A stretch of DNA of 64,000 nt from Bacterioplanes sanyensis (GCF_002237535.1 NZ_CP022530.1:4117516-4181515); one strand, 5' to 3'; positions 28,501-37,238 are shown, numbered from the stretch's first letter. Notes: generated by a model from the sequence alone, not told the origin. Numbers and translations: made by a program.

Positions 28501-30916
28501 CGAAGTAGGTATTCAGCTCATCTTGCTCGGTGAACTTCAGCGAACGCTTTTCAATGCTACTGAGAATACGACTGGCAGCATCAGACACCGATTGCGCTTT
28601 ACGTTGCAGTTCGTCAATCAGCTGTTGTTTGTGATTTTCAAACGATTCATATACTTCCTCGCGTTTATCCATAATGTCAGCGAGGAATTCATCAAATTCA
28701 CTGTATTGGCTTTCCAGCTCTTCCAGCTGTACCAACAGACGCGACAGTTGCTCATCACACTTTTCTGGCGTATTGGCCATGCCCAGTGCATTGGCAATGC
28801 TCTGCGAGAACAGCTTAAACTGAGCTCCGAATTGCGCTATGGCTTCGGCCGAGCCCAATGATTTTTGCTTATGCTTGGTTTTTGCTTTGCTTTGATTGAG
28901 CTGCGCATAAATCTGCGAAATGGCATCAATGATACGCGTGCGTACCGTTGCATCGTCGACTTTGAGCGTGCCCATTAACTCGGACAGCAGATCCAGACCC
29001 GAAGCGGTGGTTTCGATCACTTCAACCAAGGGCTGCAACTCTGCCATCGTGGTGGCTTGTTCAACACTGTGATTAATGTCATCAATTTTCGCCTGATACG
29101 GCTCCAGCGCTTTATCGTCCGCAAGAAACGCCACAGTGCGCTCGCTCAGCGACGCTTCCAGTGTTTTTAACTCATCGTCCAGCTGTTCAATGGCGGCAAC
29201 ATCGATATAACGCAGCTCGCGAATGGTCATCAAATGACCGCGCTGGCGGCGAATGGCACCTAATGCATCGACGTATTCGGTGGTGGTTTCCCAGCTTTCG
29301 GTACGCACGGTTTGCAGCAGTGCTTGTTGCGACTGCTGCGCTTCGCGCATGGCTTCATCGGATTGCTGGCGGATGCTTTGAACTTTTTCAAATTCATCAA
29401 TCACCAATTCAGCCGTACTGCCAATGTCATGCAGCAGCTCGGCAATGGTGCTGGTTTCTGTTTCTGCCAGCCAATAATGATCGTCAAATGCTTTACGCGC
29501 CGCTTTACTCAACTCTTCATATAACCGCGCAGACACACTTTGCTGGCTGATCATACGCACAACGCTGTACAAGTCCGACACACCGCGCACTAACTCTGCG
29601 TTACCGATACGGCCATAAAAGGTCTGACTGGCTGGTGCCCGACTGGCATGCTCATCGCTTTCATACGGGGTTTGCCAGATTTGCATCGGATGAACGCGAG
29701 TCGGTTCATTTTCGGCAGAAAAGATCACCAACCTGCCATTGTCTGCCAAAGCATAACCATGGGCATACACTGGGTTTTGCAGGCTTTTATCAATCAGGTT
29801 GTACGCCAACAAACACAGCTCGCCATTTTCTGGCTGATAGAAGACGTACAGCATGTCTTCACCGTTGGGGGAGCGCACTTTGCGCTTGAAGCGCAAACCG
29901 TCGACGCCGTCGTCAAACTGCTTTAGCTCACCGCTGCTAAGGTAATACCCCCCAGGGAAAATCAGACCATGATCTTCCGGTAGCTGTACGCAGGAATCAC
30001 CAATGGCATCAATGCGATGGACACTTTCATCCAGTGGGTTGTAAATAAAATGGCGTGCTTGCTCTTCGCGGTAAGGAAGGATTTTCAACAAAATCAGCTC
30101 GCCAATGTGGGCATAGCTGATATCTGCGTCATCCAATGACTGGGTTTTATCTTCTACCGGTTCCTGATAAATACCCAAGCCATCTTCGGTGTTGTTTTCT
30201 ACCTTGATGGTCAGATCGCCACCCACGGTTTCAACGAACAGGGTATCTAAAATATTGATATGCGGATGACGACCATTCACTGTATCATCGCGGGTAGTAG
30301 AGGTCCATTCAAAATCAAAGGCGGGGGGTAACTGAATGTCACGCTCTCCGCGATTGTCCAGATACTCCACCGTTCTCCCATCAGCCGATACCGACCAACG
30401 AAAAACACGAATATCTTCCAAACGCTCGCCGATTTGGAAACCGGCCAACAGCTTGCCTTTTTTTACCGTAAGCTCTACCAGCTTAGTATGCTTGTAATAG
30501 CGATACAGCTCTTCAAAATCATTAACAAACCCAGGGTCGGCTAGAAAGGTGCCCTGGGCTGGTACTTCTACCAGCTCAAACTGTCCGTCATTTTCGGTGA
30601 CGTCAAACAGAGCAAAAACATCGCTTACCTGAGTTTCTTTTTTCAGGCCAATAAATACGTTGTAACCAAACAGCAAGTGGCCACCCACTTGCACCATGTC
30701 CCGCGCCACACAGTTATTTTCAGTGCGTACTCGAGTTCTGGCCACGACTTGCATATCTGAGCTGCCAAACTCGGCGGTACGTGCCTCGTTCAACGCGGAA
30801 ATGGCTTGCTCCAGTTGACTGCCTTGATCCTGCAAACGCTTTTTGATGATGTCGTAAGCACCACCTTCAGCAACGGCATTGTCAACGACGTCCGTAGATT
30901 GCTTTTGCTCTACCAT
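25553..30916 (-). CDS. Giant 1787-aa multidomain protein with a single embedded AAA+ ATPase module
   Basis: Uninterrupted ORF. Walker A ISPPGYGKTTL (DNA about 26985..27010). Walker B VMLYLDDIQ. A MoxR/AAA_5-like sensor and arginine region CVVMAGNPYTESGEAFKIPDMLANRADIY. Long coiled-coil-rich flanking regions. No N-terminal GTPase P-loop. Confidence 0.8.
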   Translation of the reverse strand: MVEQKQSTDVVDNAVAEGGAYDIIKKRLQDQGSQLEQAISALNEARTAEFGSSDMQVVARTRVRTENNCVARDMVQVGGHLLFGYNVFIGLKKETQVSDVFALFDVTENDGQFELVEVPAQGTFLADPGFVNDFEELYRYYKHTKLVELTVKKGKLLAGFQIGERLEDIRVFRWSVSADGRTVEYLDNRGERDIQLPPAFDFEWTSTTRDDTVNGRHPHINILDTLFVETVGGDLTIKVENNTEDGLGIYQEPVEDKTQSLDDADISYAHIGELILLKILPYREEQARHFIYNPLDESVHRIDAIGDSCVQLPEDHGLIFPGGYYLSSGELKQFDDGVDGLRFKRKVRSPNGEDMLYVFYQPENGELCLLAYNLIDKSLQNPVYAHGYALADNGRLVIFSAENEPTRVHPMQIWQTPYESDEHASRAPASQTFYGRIGNAELVRGVSDLYSVVRMISQQSVSARLYEELSKAARKAFDDHYWLAETETSTIAELLHDIGSTAELVIDEFEKVQSIRQQSDEAMREAQQSQQALLQTVRTESWETTTEYVDALGAIRRQRGHLMTIRELRYIDVAAIEQLDDELKTLEASLSERTVAFLADDKALEPYQAKIDDINHSVEQATTMAELQPLVEVIETTASGLDLLSELMGTLKVDDATVRTRIIDAISQIYAQLNQSKAKTKHKQKSLGSAEAIAQFGAQFKLFSQSIANALGMANTPEKCDEQLSRLLVQLEELESQYSEFDEFLADIMDKREEVYESFENHKQQLIDELQRKAQSVSDAASRILSSIEKRSLKFTEQDELNTYFASDALVMKIREQVEQLRQLDAAVKADDIEARLKAIKEQALRSLRDKSDIYEDGGNVIKLGPRHKFSVNTQELDLTIIPRDGMLNIHLTGTDYYEPIEQAELLALRDYWDMNLESETPAVYRSEYLAFLILEAAKKHSDGLSLQQLRTALLEDNKLTELVRQFASPRYKEGYEKGIHDHDAVLLLKVLIPALDGADLLRYDPLCRGLAQVFWSNIKGLTRSQKSAEQDRATLCFTTWPERAQSAAQMGSVFRSNEAVELLVEEVFVSLQEFVAQHPIEVTELDIRRAADYLVAEMGRERLEFIGSKYATQLVDELKRSMDDETWRRYQMALDKMMGWPAERWNLTSAWLQALVKDKQLDGLQRYIPEAVALINANERLERRFTEVDLELSVAGLMGDHALIEQQALHFGLDAFLLKMEHHRFEVVPAYHRYLAVRQQVIAEQREALRLDEFKPKPLSSFVRNRLINESYLPLIGDNLAKQMGTIGDNKRTDLMGLLMMISPPGYGKTTLMEYVASRLGLIFMKINCPSLGHEVTSLDPQQAPDATSRKELEKLNLGLEMGNNVMLYLDDIQHTDPEFLQKFISLCDGTRRIDGVWKGKTKTYDMRGRKFCVVMAGNPYTESGEAFKIPDMLANRADIYNLGDILGGMDEQFALSYIENALTSNPVLAPMAVREMDDVYKLIDMAKGREVATTDLSHQYSGAEINEMTSVLQKMMVVQEVVLKINQQYIASAAQDDKYRTEPAFKLQGSYRNMNKMTEKISAVMNDRELMQMIADHYLGESQLLTTGAEDNLLKLAELRGNMTTEQAERWQQIKKDFLRNKAMGGDGADTGAKVVAQLSDLVEGVQALSGSAQQLGQSSAGQNEIVAKAMLKGLNQFAEAVKQIQPKVKVVNEPVPGIDKVLAVLAETIENSIFPLVRSMDKKLEIDLRTHGKMRDISEQLRVLETDLASTRQIDKSHSEESQPEKSQTDRAKTSTAAKGSAEP

Positions 30917-30986
30917 TCCTTAATCCTTTTTTCCAACTGCTCAGATTTGACCATCGATATGCGGGACAGTAACTTTCACTGCAATC

Positions 30987-31021
30987 GCAGCACCGGGCCT
31001 TTGAAAGCTCTCCGGTGCTGC
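30987..31021 (-). promoter_or_regulatory. Perfect 10-bp stem-loop in the flotillin-to-giant-gene intergenic region
   Basis: GCAGCACCGG...(15 nt)...CCGGTGCTGC, with no U-tract. Could be an attenuator or RNA-processing element modulating downstream expression. Confidence 0.35.
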
Positions 31022-31030
31022 ACAAGCAGA

Positions 31031-32971
31031 TTACTGCTGGGTTTCGTTATTACTACTGGATGATTCCATCACTTTGCTCAGCAAGGCTTGAATGGTATTG
31101 CTCTTGCCAGCAAAACCATCGATGGCTTTACCAATAGACAGCGACTTAGCAAAGTTATCGAAGAAATGATCTTCGCCACCAACGATATCAATTTTGGCTT
31201 TCTGCAAGGCCACCGCCAGTACTTCAGCATTTTCACGGGCAATGTCTTTGCCGGCTTCAATCGAAGCCATGGCTTCTTTCAGTGCAGTTTCCAGACCCAT
31301 GCGATACTCTTCGTGCGAGCGTGCTTCAGCGCTCATGTTATTCATGGCATCAAACTTCTCGACCAAACCATCGGCTTCGGCTTTGTATTGCTCGCGGGTG
31401 ACAGCGGCGTTGGCCATACCAATTTCACGTGCGGCGGTAGCTTCTGAGTTACCTTTGGCAGCAATCACATCCGCTTCTGCTTTACCCGTGCCCAACAAGG
31501 CATCGGCTTCCGCATCGCCTTTGGCTTTGATCACATTGGCTTCGGCCAGGCCTTCTTTTTCGAATGCATCAGCCTTAGCCGATTGCACTTTGGCTTCCGC
31601 CAAACCACGCGCAGCTTGCTCTGCCTGGGTACCTTCAGCCAGTTTTTTCTTAGCATCGGCTTCTTTGGCAGACGCTTCCAGCTCTGCTTGCGCTATAGTC
31701 GTCAACTCCACGGCACGGTGCTTAGCCGAAAGCTCTTTGGCTTCTGCTTCTTTGACTTGCTTAACTTTTTCTTCTTCCGCCAGCGCCTCAGCAGCCAGTA
31801 CTTGCGTTTGTTTAGCACGGTCCGCTTCAGAGACTTCGCGCACTTCTTTAATGCGCTCCTCTTCCACCGCGACGGTTTTATCAACCGCTACACGCTCGCG
31901 CACCACGTTGGCGATTTCTTTGCGCTCGACCTCAATGGCCTTTTCCGCTTCGATTTTCTGGATTTCGACTTCGCGCTCACGCGACACCACTTCCAGATCC
32001 CGTGCACGAGTTACTTTTTCAACTTCGATGGCCACAGCGCGCTGGCGATTTTGCTCGGCTACTTCAATTTCACGCTGCTGGTTTTCACGCTGCACCGCCA
32101 AGTCTTTTTCTACTTGGATGGTGGTTGCCTCTGCCTTGCGACGCTCTTCTTCCTGAACTTTTTTGGTTTCGGCTTCTTCGCGTGCGCGTATGGTAGCGAC
32201 TTCGCGTTCTTGCTTGGCTTCAGCGTCCGATTGCTGACGCTCCAGCTCTAACATGGCTTCGACGGTTTCTACGTTCTTTTTCTTGATCGCCAGTTCTTCG
32301 TCACGTTCCAGGTTGTTGGTGATTACATTCTGGTTGGCGGTCAATTGGGTAATCTTTTTAATACCCTCAGCATCAAGAATGTTGCTGGAGTCTAATGACG
32401 ACTTTGGTGTTTGCTCCAGGTAATCAATAGCGACGTCTTCCAACACATAGCCGTTTAAGTCTTCACCGATCACCTCAATGATTTTGTCACGAAAATCCTG
32501 ACGGTTTTCAAACAGGGCCACAAACTCAATTTGCTTACCCACTGTCTTCAACGCTTCTGAGAACTTGGCGTTAAATAATTCATTGACCGCGGCTTTATCG
32601 GATGCACGGCTAGCACCGATGGATTTGGCAACCTTGAGCACATCTTCAGCGGTTTCATTCACTCGCAGATAGAAAGCGACGGTGATGTCTGCGCGCATAT
32701 TGTCAGCACAGATCAGACCGTCTTTACCTCGTCTGTCTACCTCCAAGGTAATCAGCGAGATTTTCATCAGCTCTTTTTTATAGATGATCGGGTAGACCAA
32801 GGCGCCAGTGAAATGCACCTTTGGCTGAGAGGTCATATCATTGACAATCAGCGCCGTGCCCTGCTCCACCTTATAATAAAAGGCTTTAAACAGCGCAGCC
32901 ATACCCATCAAGATGACGAATACGATACCAACGCCCGTCAGAATTGGCATTAATACAGATAAATCTGCCAT
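31031..32971 (-). CDS. Flotillin-family SPFH/band-7 protein (YqiK/FloT-like)
   Basis: N-terminal TM helix, then an SPFH domain (ALVYPIIYKKELMKISLITLEVDRRGKDGLICADNMRADITVAFYLRVN), then a very long EA-rich coiled coil. Same architecture as E. coli YqiK. Confidence 0.85.
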   Translation of the reverse strand: MADLSVLMPILTGVGIVFVILMGMAALFKAFYYKVEQGTALIVNDMTSQPKVHFTGALVYPIIYKKELMKISLITLEVDRRGKDGLICADNMRADITVAFYLRVNETAEDVLKVAKSIGASRASDKAAVNELFNAKFSEALKTVGKQIEFVALFENRQDFRDKIIEVIGEDLNGYVLEDVAIDYLEQTPKSSLDSSNILDAEGIKKITQLTANQNVITNNLERDEELAIKKKNVETVEAMLELERQQSDAEAKQEREVATIRAREEAETKKVQEEERRKAEATTIQVEKDLAVQRENQQREIEVAEQNRQRAVAIEVEKVTRARDLEVVSREREVEIQKIEAEKAIEVERKEIANVVRERVAVDKTVAVEEERIKEVREVSEADRAKQTQVLAAEALAEEEKVKQVKEAEAKELSAKHRAVELTTIAQAELEASAKEADAKKKLAEGTQAEQAARGLAEAKVQSAKADAFEKEGLAEANVIKAKGDAEADALLGTGKAEADVIAAKGNSEATAAREIGMANAAVTREQYKAEADGLVEKFDAMNNMSAEARSHEEYRMGLETALKEAMASIEAGKDIARENAEVLAVALQKAKIDIVGGEDHFFDNFAKSLSIGKAIDGFAGKSNTIQALLSKVMESSSSNNETQQ

Positions 32972-33002
32972 GTTCAGTTACTCCACTTCCTGTTTTATAT
33001 AG

Positions 33003-33698
33003 TTAGTCGATTTGAGTGAACTCTTGTTCGGATATCACTCGATAAGCGTTTTCTTCTGTCAGATATTCCAATAGAACGACCCGATCTCCTTTTTTAAAGC
33101 GCTCCTCTGCGCCCGCTCGAACCTTTAAAATCAGCCCTGCGCCACCATCGGCCAACATGGCTTCTCCAAACGCTTGGTCAACACGCGAGGTACGTACAAT
33201 CGCGGTTTGCCCTAATACGTGTTTGCCGGCTTGCTGCTGAGTTTTATGGAAAAATGGTCTTAGTGGTTTAATCACTTGCGCCGTGATCATCACTGCAACA
33301 TATAGAGAGGCAAGAAAGATAGGCACGCCCGCCAGCCACTGCAATAAACCGTGTGGTATTAAGGCAAAGCTGAAGTGCACCAGGTAATAACAAATCAACC
33401 AACCAAACAATGTAATCAGCGAGACGATAATGGTCACTGGGACACCCACCAGACCAAATCGCATTAATAAACCCGCTAATACGTTGGGGCCACCATGCTC
33501 ATGTGCGCTGGATAGCTCTAAATCACCATCCGCTTCCGGTAAATCCACATCCAGCACGTCGATATCTACCAGCCCCAGCACCGCCACCAACCAATACAGC
33601 ACGATCAATGCGAGCATAAAGGTGAAAATGGCCGTGGGAAACGACGCAATATTCTGATAAAAAGGGTTCATTCCCTCAGTGAAAAATACTGCAAACAT
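33003..33698 (-). CDS. NfeD/YqiJ-like membrane protein (OB-fold C-terminus)
   Basis: Multi-TM N-terminus. C-terminal GQTAIVRTSRVDQAFGEAMLADGGAGLILKVRAGAEERFKKGDRVVLLEY is an NfeD-type OB-fold. Sits immediately upstream of the flotillin, as in yqiJ-yqiK. Confidence 0.6.
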   Translation of the reverse strand: MFAVFFTEGMNPFYQNIASFPTAIFTFMLALIVLYWLVAVLGLVDIDVLDVDLPEADGDLELSSAHEHGGPNVLAGLLMRFGLVGVPVTIIVSLITLFGWLICYYLVHFSFALIPHGLLQWLAGVPIFLASLYVAVMITAQVIKPLRPFFHKTQQQAGKHVLGQTAIVRTSRVDQAFGEAMLADGGAGLILKVRAGAEERFKKGDRVVLLEYLTEENAYRVISEQEFTQID

Positions 33699-33818
33699 CC
33701 CTTATTCCTTGTTTATTGTGCGAGCACATTGATACAAGCTGGCGGGCCCATATGGGCACCGCCTTAGTTGCTTAATCCGTGATCTGAATAACGGCCCCCC
33801 CCGCAATGCGATAGAGTG

Positions 33819-34523
33819 TTATTCAGCTGCTCCGCCGCTTTTTCTAGTTTTAATCCGCGCCAGTATGTCTTCTGAACGGTTACCCTGCACCCGAATACCG
33901 GCTTGCTCTAATTTATTCTGCAAAGACAGCTCAGGGGCTTCCTCTGCCAGTTCGCTGGCGGCTGCCAGCTCAGCATCACGCAAGGCTTGTTTTTCCTTGA
34001 TGCGTTGCAGGGAATCCATCGCCGTGCGTAATTTTGCATGTGATCCACTGTGACGCTGGGCCACAGCGGCTTGCGCGCGGTGCACGCTTTCACTCGCCTT
34101 GACGGTATCCAGCTGTTGTTTTAACCGTTGAATGTTACGCTGGGTTTGCACAATGGCGGTTTTCATTTGCGTAACACTGTCGGCATAGCTGTTGGCCGCC
34201 GCCTGCTCTTGGCTGTGCTGCTGCTCCAGCTCGGCAATTTTCTCTGCCACTTCCAGCGCTAAGGCTTCATCACCTTGTTCCAGCGCTTGCAGGGCGTAGC
34301 CTTCATGCGTCTCAATGTGTTGACGCAGCTGCTCGCTTTTATCCTGCGATACTTTCTGTCGCGCCATCATTTCCGCCAAACTGTTTTTGGATTGATCCAG
34401 TTCGGCGGCCGCTTCGCGCACTTCCTGATCCAAAATGCGCAGCGCTTGGCTGTCGACGATGGCTTCGCCTGCTTCGTTTACACCTCCGCGCAGCGCGGTC
34501 ATCATCTTCGCCCAGATGTTCAT
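33819..34523 (-). CDS. PspA/IM30 (Vipp1) family protein, ESCRT-III superfamily (YjfJ-like)
   Basis: N-terminus MNIWAKMMTALRGGVNEAGEAIVDSQALRILDQEVREAAAELDQSK is the PspA helix alpha0/alpha1 pattern. Coiled coil throughout. Confidence 0.8.
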   Translation of the reverse strand: MNIWAKMMTALRGGVNEAGEAIVDSQALRILDQEVREAAAELDQSKNSLAEMMARQKVSQDKSEQLRQHIETHEGYALQALEQGDEALALEVAEKIAELEQQHSQEQAAANSYADSVTQMKTAIVQTQRNIQRLKQQLDTVKASESVHRAQAAVAQRHSGSHAKLRTAMDSLQRIKEKQALRDAELAAASELAEEAPELSLQNKLEQAGIRVQGNRSEDILARIKTRKSGGAAE

Positions 34524-34537
34524 ACAAACTCCTCGCC

Positions 34538-35164
34538 TTAGCCGGCGGCAGCGGTGACGGTTAAAAACTCGTTGTATGCTTCCGTCGCCTGAATCACGTT
34601 GCTGGTAAGCACCTCAATTTCGAACACGACATTACTGAGGATTGAGCTTGCACTCAAGGCACCAAACATATGGTAATAATCCTCTCCGTCAATGTTATCC
34701 AGGCTGATGGTGGATAGCGGCAGATACTTATGGGTGCGTAGCACCGCGTCGTTAAAGCGTGCTTTATCGGTGACGTCACTGGCAGGCCATAGCAGCGACT
34801 CGACAATAATCTGATCGCCGGAAACGGTCAAAAACAGCGGTAAATCACCGTATTCGTGCATGGTGACATGCAAGGCTGGCTCAGCGCCATCGATCATTTC
34901 AATGGCTGCGGTTCCTTGAGCAAACCAATCAGACTGTTGCAGTGCCTGAAACAGGCTTTGGGTTGTCCAGCGCTCTACTTGATGCGTCATGTCCATTTCT
35001 CCTGGTGGCTCAAACATATCGCCACGGCGGCGCAGCTGTTTTTCCACAGCCGCCAAGTGCTTGGCGTTCTCGGGAAGAATCCAGACCTCTTTCTTCACCA
35101 GTCCCTGCTGGCGCAGGCGCCGACGATACTCTCGCTGATAATGTGCCGAAGACTTTGCTTTCAT
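34538..35164 (-). CDS. DUF2170 (YjfI-like) protein with a basic 50-aa N-terminal extension
   Basis: C-terminal about 150 aa (LPLFLTVSGDQIIVESLLWP...YLPLSTISL...GALSASS) resembles E. coli YjfI, which also precedes the PspA-like yjfJ. The N-terminus MKAKSSAHYQREYRRRLRQQGLVKK is Arg/Lys-rich. Confidence 0.55.
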   Translation of the reverse strand: MKAKSSAHYQREYRRRLRQQGLVKKEVWILPENAKHLAAVEKQLRRRGDMFEPPGEMDMTHQVERWTTQSLFQALQQSDWFAQGTAAIEMIDGAEPALHVTMHEYGDLPLFLTVSGDQIIVESLLWPASDVTDKARFNDAVLRTHKYLPLSTISLDNIDGEDYYHMFGALSASSILSNVVFEIEVLTSNVIQATEAYNEFLTVTAAAG

Positions 35165-35180
35165 GGTGCCAAATTACCGC

Positions 35181-35236
35181 ATTACATGTAACAAAGCAAA
35201 CATCACATGTAATACAAAAACCATTACATGTAATAC
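35181..35236. promoter_or_regulatory. Triple palindromic operator ATTACATGTAAT at 21-bp phasing
   Basis: TTACATGTAA at 35182..35191, TCACATGTAA at 35203..35212 and TTACATGTAA at 35224..35233. Extended consensus cATTACATGTAATAC. The first copy is 18 bp upstream of the DUF2170 ATG. Confidence 0.5.
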
Positions 35237-35306
35237 GATAAACCTTCGTATAAAGACGGCATGGAAGCTGAATGAGGGCTGCAGGCAGCACTAACGGACG
35301 ATAAAG

Positions 35307-37238
35307 TCAGTCAGATGCGGTGTGGCGATAGGGTAAGGTAATGCGGAATGCCACACCGTGTCCGAGTTCACTGTCGCAGCGAATCTGGCCATGAAGATCT
35401 TGCACCACCAGGTTGTAGATCATGTTCAAGCCCAAACCTGTGTTGCCAGCATGGCGCCGGGTGGTAAAGAAGGGATTAAAGATCAGCGGCAAATCATCCG
35501 CGGCGATGCCTTTGCCATTGTCGCGATAACAAATGGATACATGATCTGTCGCCGCCTCAACTTCAATATCGATGCGCCCTTGCATTCGCTTATCAAAACC
35601 GTGATGCAAGGAGTTCATTACCAGGTTGGTAAAAATTTGCCACAGCACTCCGGGATAGCTGTGTACAACAATGCCTTCATCCCCAACGATATGCCACTCC
35701 AGTGCATACTCCTTGATCGCCGGGCGCAGGCTGGCAACGATGTCATTCAAATACTCCACCAGCGCGATATCCGCCAGATGATCCTGGTTCTGATTGGCCG
35801 CAGTACGTTTAAAGCGCCCGACCAACTCCACCGCCCGGCTGAGATTCACTTGCAGAATCTCAGCCACTTCGGCGCTTTGGGTTAAAAAGTCGGCCAGGTC
35901 TGTGCGCGTCATCTCACCGCGCTCAAACTTTTGCTGCAAAGCGGGAACGGTTTCCTGCAACACAGAATTGGCCGTGACCGACACACCGATGGGGGTGTTT
36001 ATTTCATGCGACACACCCGCAACAATATTACCCAGCGCCGCCATTTTTTCGCTTTCGATTAATTGTTGCTGAGTACACTTGAGTTCGTCATAGGCCTGGC
36101 GCAATTGCTCTTGTTGTTGTTTGTCGTTATCCACCACGTCTTTGTAGTGATTAAACCAATGTACCAGCTGTTTGATTTCGCGAATGGAGGTTTGCGCTTC
36201 AAGGCTGTTCAGACATTGCTCGTTATTTCTGGCTATCTCGGTAATGGTTTCAATGGGGTGCACCACTTTTTTTGCCAGGTAATACACCGCCGCCACCATC
36301 ACCAGCAGCGCAAAGGCAAAACACACAATGGTCAGTTGACCAATGGTCGTTGCTCGGCTTTGCATGGCATCAATGGACACCACGCCGGCCAACGACCATC
36401 CCATGGCCGGAATTTTATTAATAAATACACGCACCGAGCGCCCATCCAGCATGGTATCGATGGGACCGACGGTACCCTGGTGAGCGTCTGCCAATGCAAA
36501 GGGGGTTTTAAGTCGGGATTTTTGCGGGTGATAAACGATGCGCTGCTCGCCGTCGTACAGTAGATGGTAAATCAAATTGGAGTCTCGCTCATGCACTCGC
36601 GAATACAATGTCTCGATATTGTATTTGAGCACCATATAAGCCTGAGTGACATAGCGCCCGCTGACGTCGTCGAACTCCATCAGCTGCGCGATGGCTGGTA
36701 CCACCAGGCCATTGCGGGAGTCGACATGTGTGTTGCTTTCAATGCCCGGCCAACACAGGCCGCGCTGACTGGCTGTACAGGCCGTCAGCCACTGCTCAAA
36801 CAGCTCCATGTCATAACGATCACCGGCGGATAAATCACCGACGCTGAACACCGCACCATTAGCAATCACATCAATCGAGATCAGCCCTTGCAAGCTGATC
36901 ACCGAGCTTAATTTATCCTCCAGATTGGCGCGCAAACGCAGTCTTTCAATAGCGTCCAAGCCATCTGCACGGTATGCGCTATCGACCATGGATTGAATCG
37001 AGGGCGATTCACGTAAATCTCGCGCCAGCCGCCTGGCATCCAACGCAAAGCGCTCCATATTGCTCACTTCCTGGCGAAAGATGGCGGCCGTTAATTCGTT
37101 GGCCTGGCTGTTTAACCCTTCAACTGACAGCCGGTAGGAATACACACCCAGCACCGTAAGAGGCACCAAGGTGCTGATGAACATGTAGACGATGAGTCGG
37201 TTCTGCAGTGATTGAAACCAGGACAAGCGCGCTAACAT
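35307..37238 (-). CDS. Sensor histidine kinase with a large periplasmic sensing domain
   Basis: TM helix, periplasmic domain, TM helix. H-box AALGNIVAGVSHEINTPIG. HATPase_c motifs (GLGLNMIYNLV). No receiver domain. Confidence 0.8.
   Translation of the reverse strand: MLARLSWFQSLQNRLIVYMFISTLVPLTVLGVYSYRLSVEGLNSQANELTAAIFRQEVSNMERFALDARRLARDLRESPSIQSMVDSAYRADGLDAIERLRLRANLEDKLSSVISLQGLISIDVIANGAVFSVGDLSAGDRYDMELFEQWLTACTASQRGLCWPGIESNTHVDSRNGLVVPAIAQLMEFDDVSGRYVTQAYMVLKYNIETLYSRVHERDSNLIYHLLYDGEQRIVYHPQKSRLKTPFALADAHQGTVGPIDTMLDGRSVRVFINKIPAMGWSLAGVVSIDAMQSRATTIGQLTIVCFAFALLVMVAAVYYLAKKVVHPIETITEIARNNEQCLNSLEAQTSIREIKQLVHWFNHYKDVVDNDKQQQEQLRQAYDELKCTQQQLIESEKMAALGNIVAGVSHEINTPIGVSVTANSVLQETVPALQQKFERGEMTRTDLADFLTQSAEVAEILQVNLSRAVELVGRFKRTAANQNQDHLADIALVEYLNDIVASLRPAIKEYALEWHIVGDEGIVVHSYPGVLWQIFTNLVMNSLHHGFDKRMQGRIDIEVEAATDHVSICYRDNGKGIAADDLPLIFNPFFTTRRHAGNTGLGLNMIYNLVVQDLHGQIRCDSELGHGVAFRITLPYRHTASD

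Noticed and set aside
25572-30000. Many 60-130-aa plus-strand ORFs (for example 25688..26056, 26072..26467, 29161..29550)
   Set aside because: All lie antisense within the single uninterrupted 5.4-kb minus-strand ORF with AAA+ motifs. They are treated as spurious.
31194-32156. 320-aa Ala/Ser-rich plus-strand ORF, and several other plus-strand ORFs within 31088..32251
   Set aside because: They are antisense to the flotillin gene's GAA/GCC-rich coiled-coil coding region. Low-complexity mirror ORFs like this are expected artefacts.
35181-35236. CRISPR-like interpretation of the 21-bp phased repeats
   Set aside because: There are only three short (10-14 bp) palindromic units with non-unique spacers and no cas genes. 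An operator array is far more plausible.
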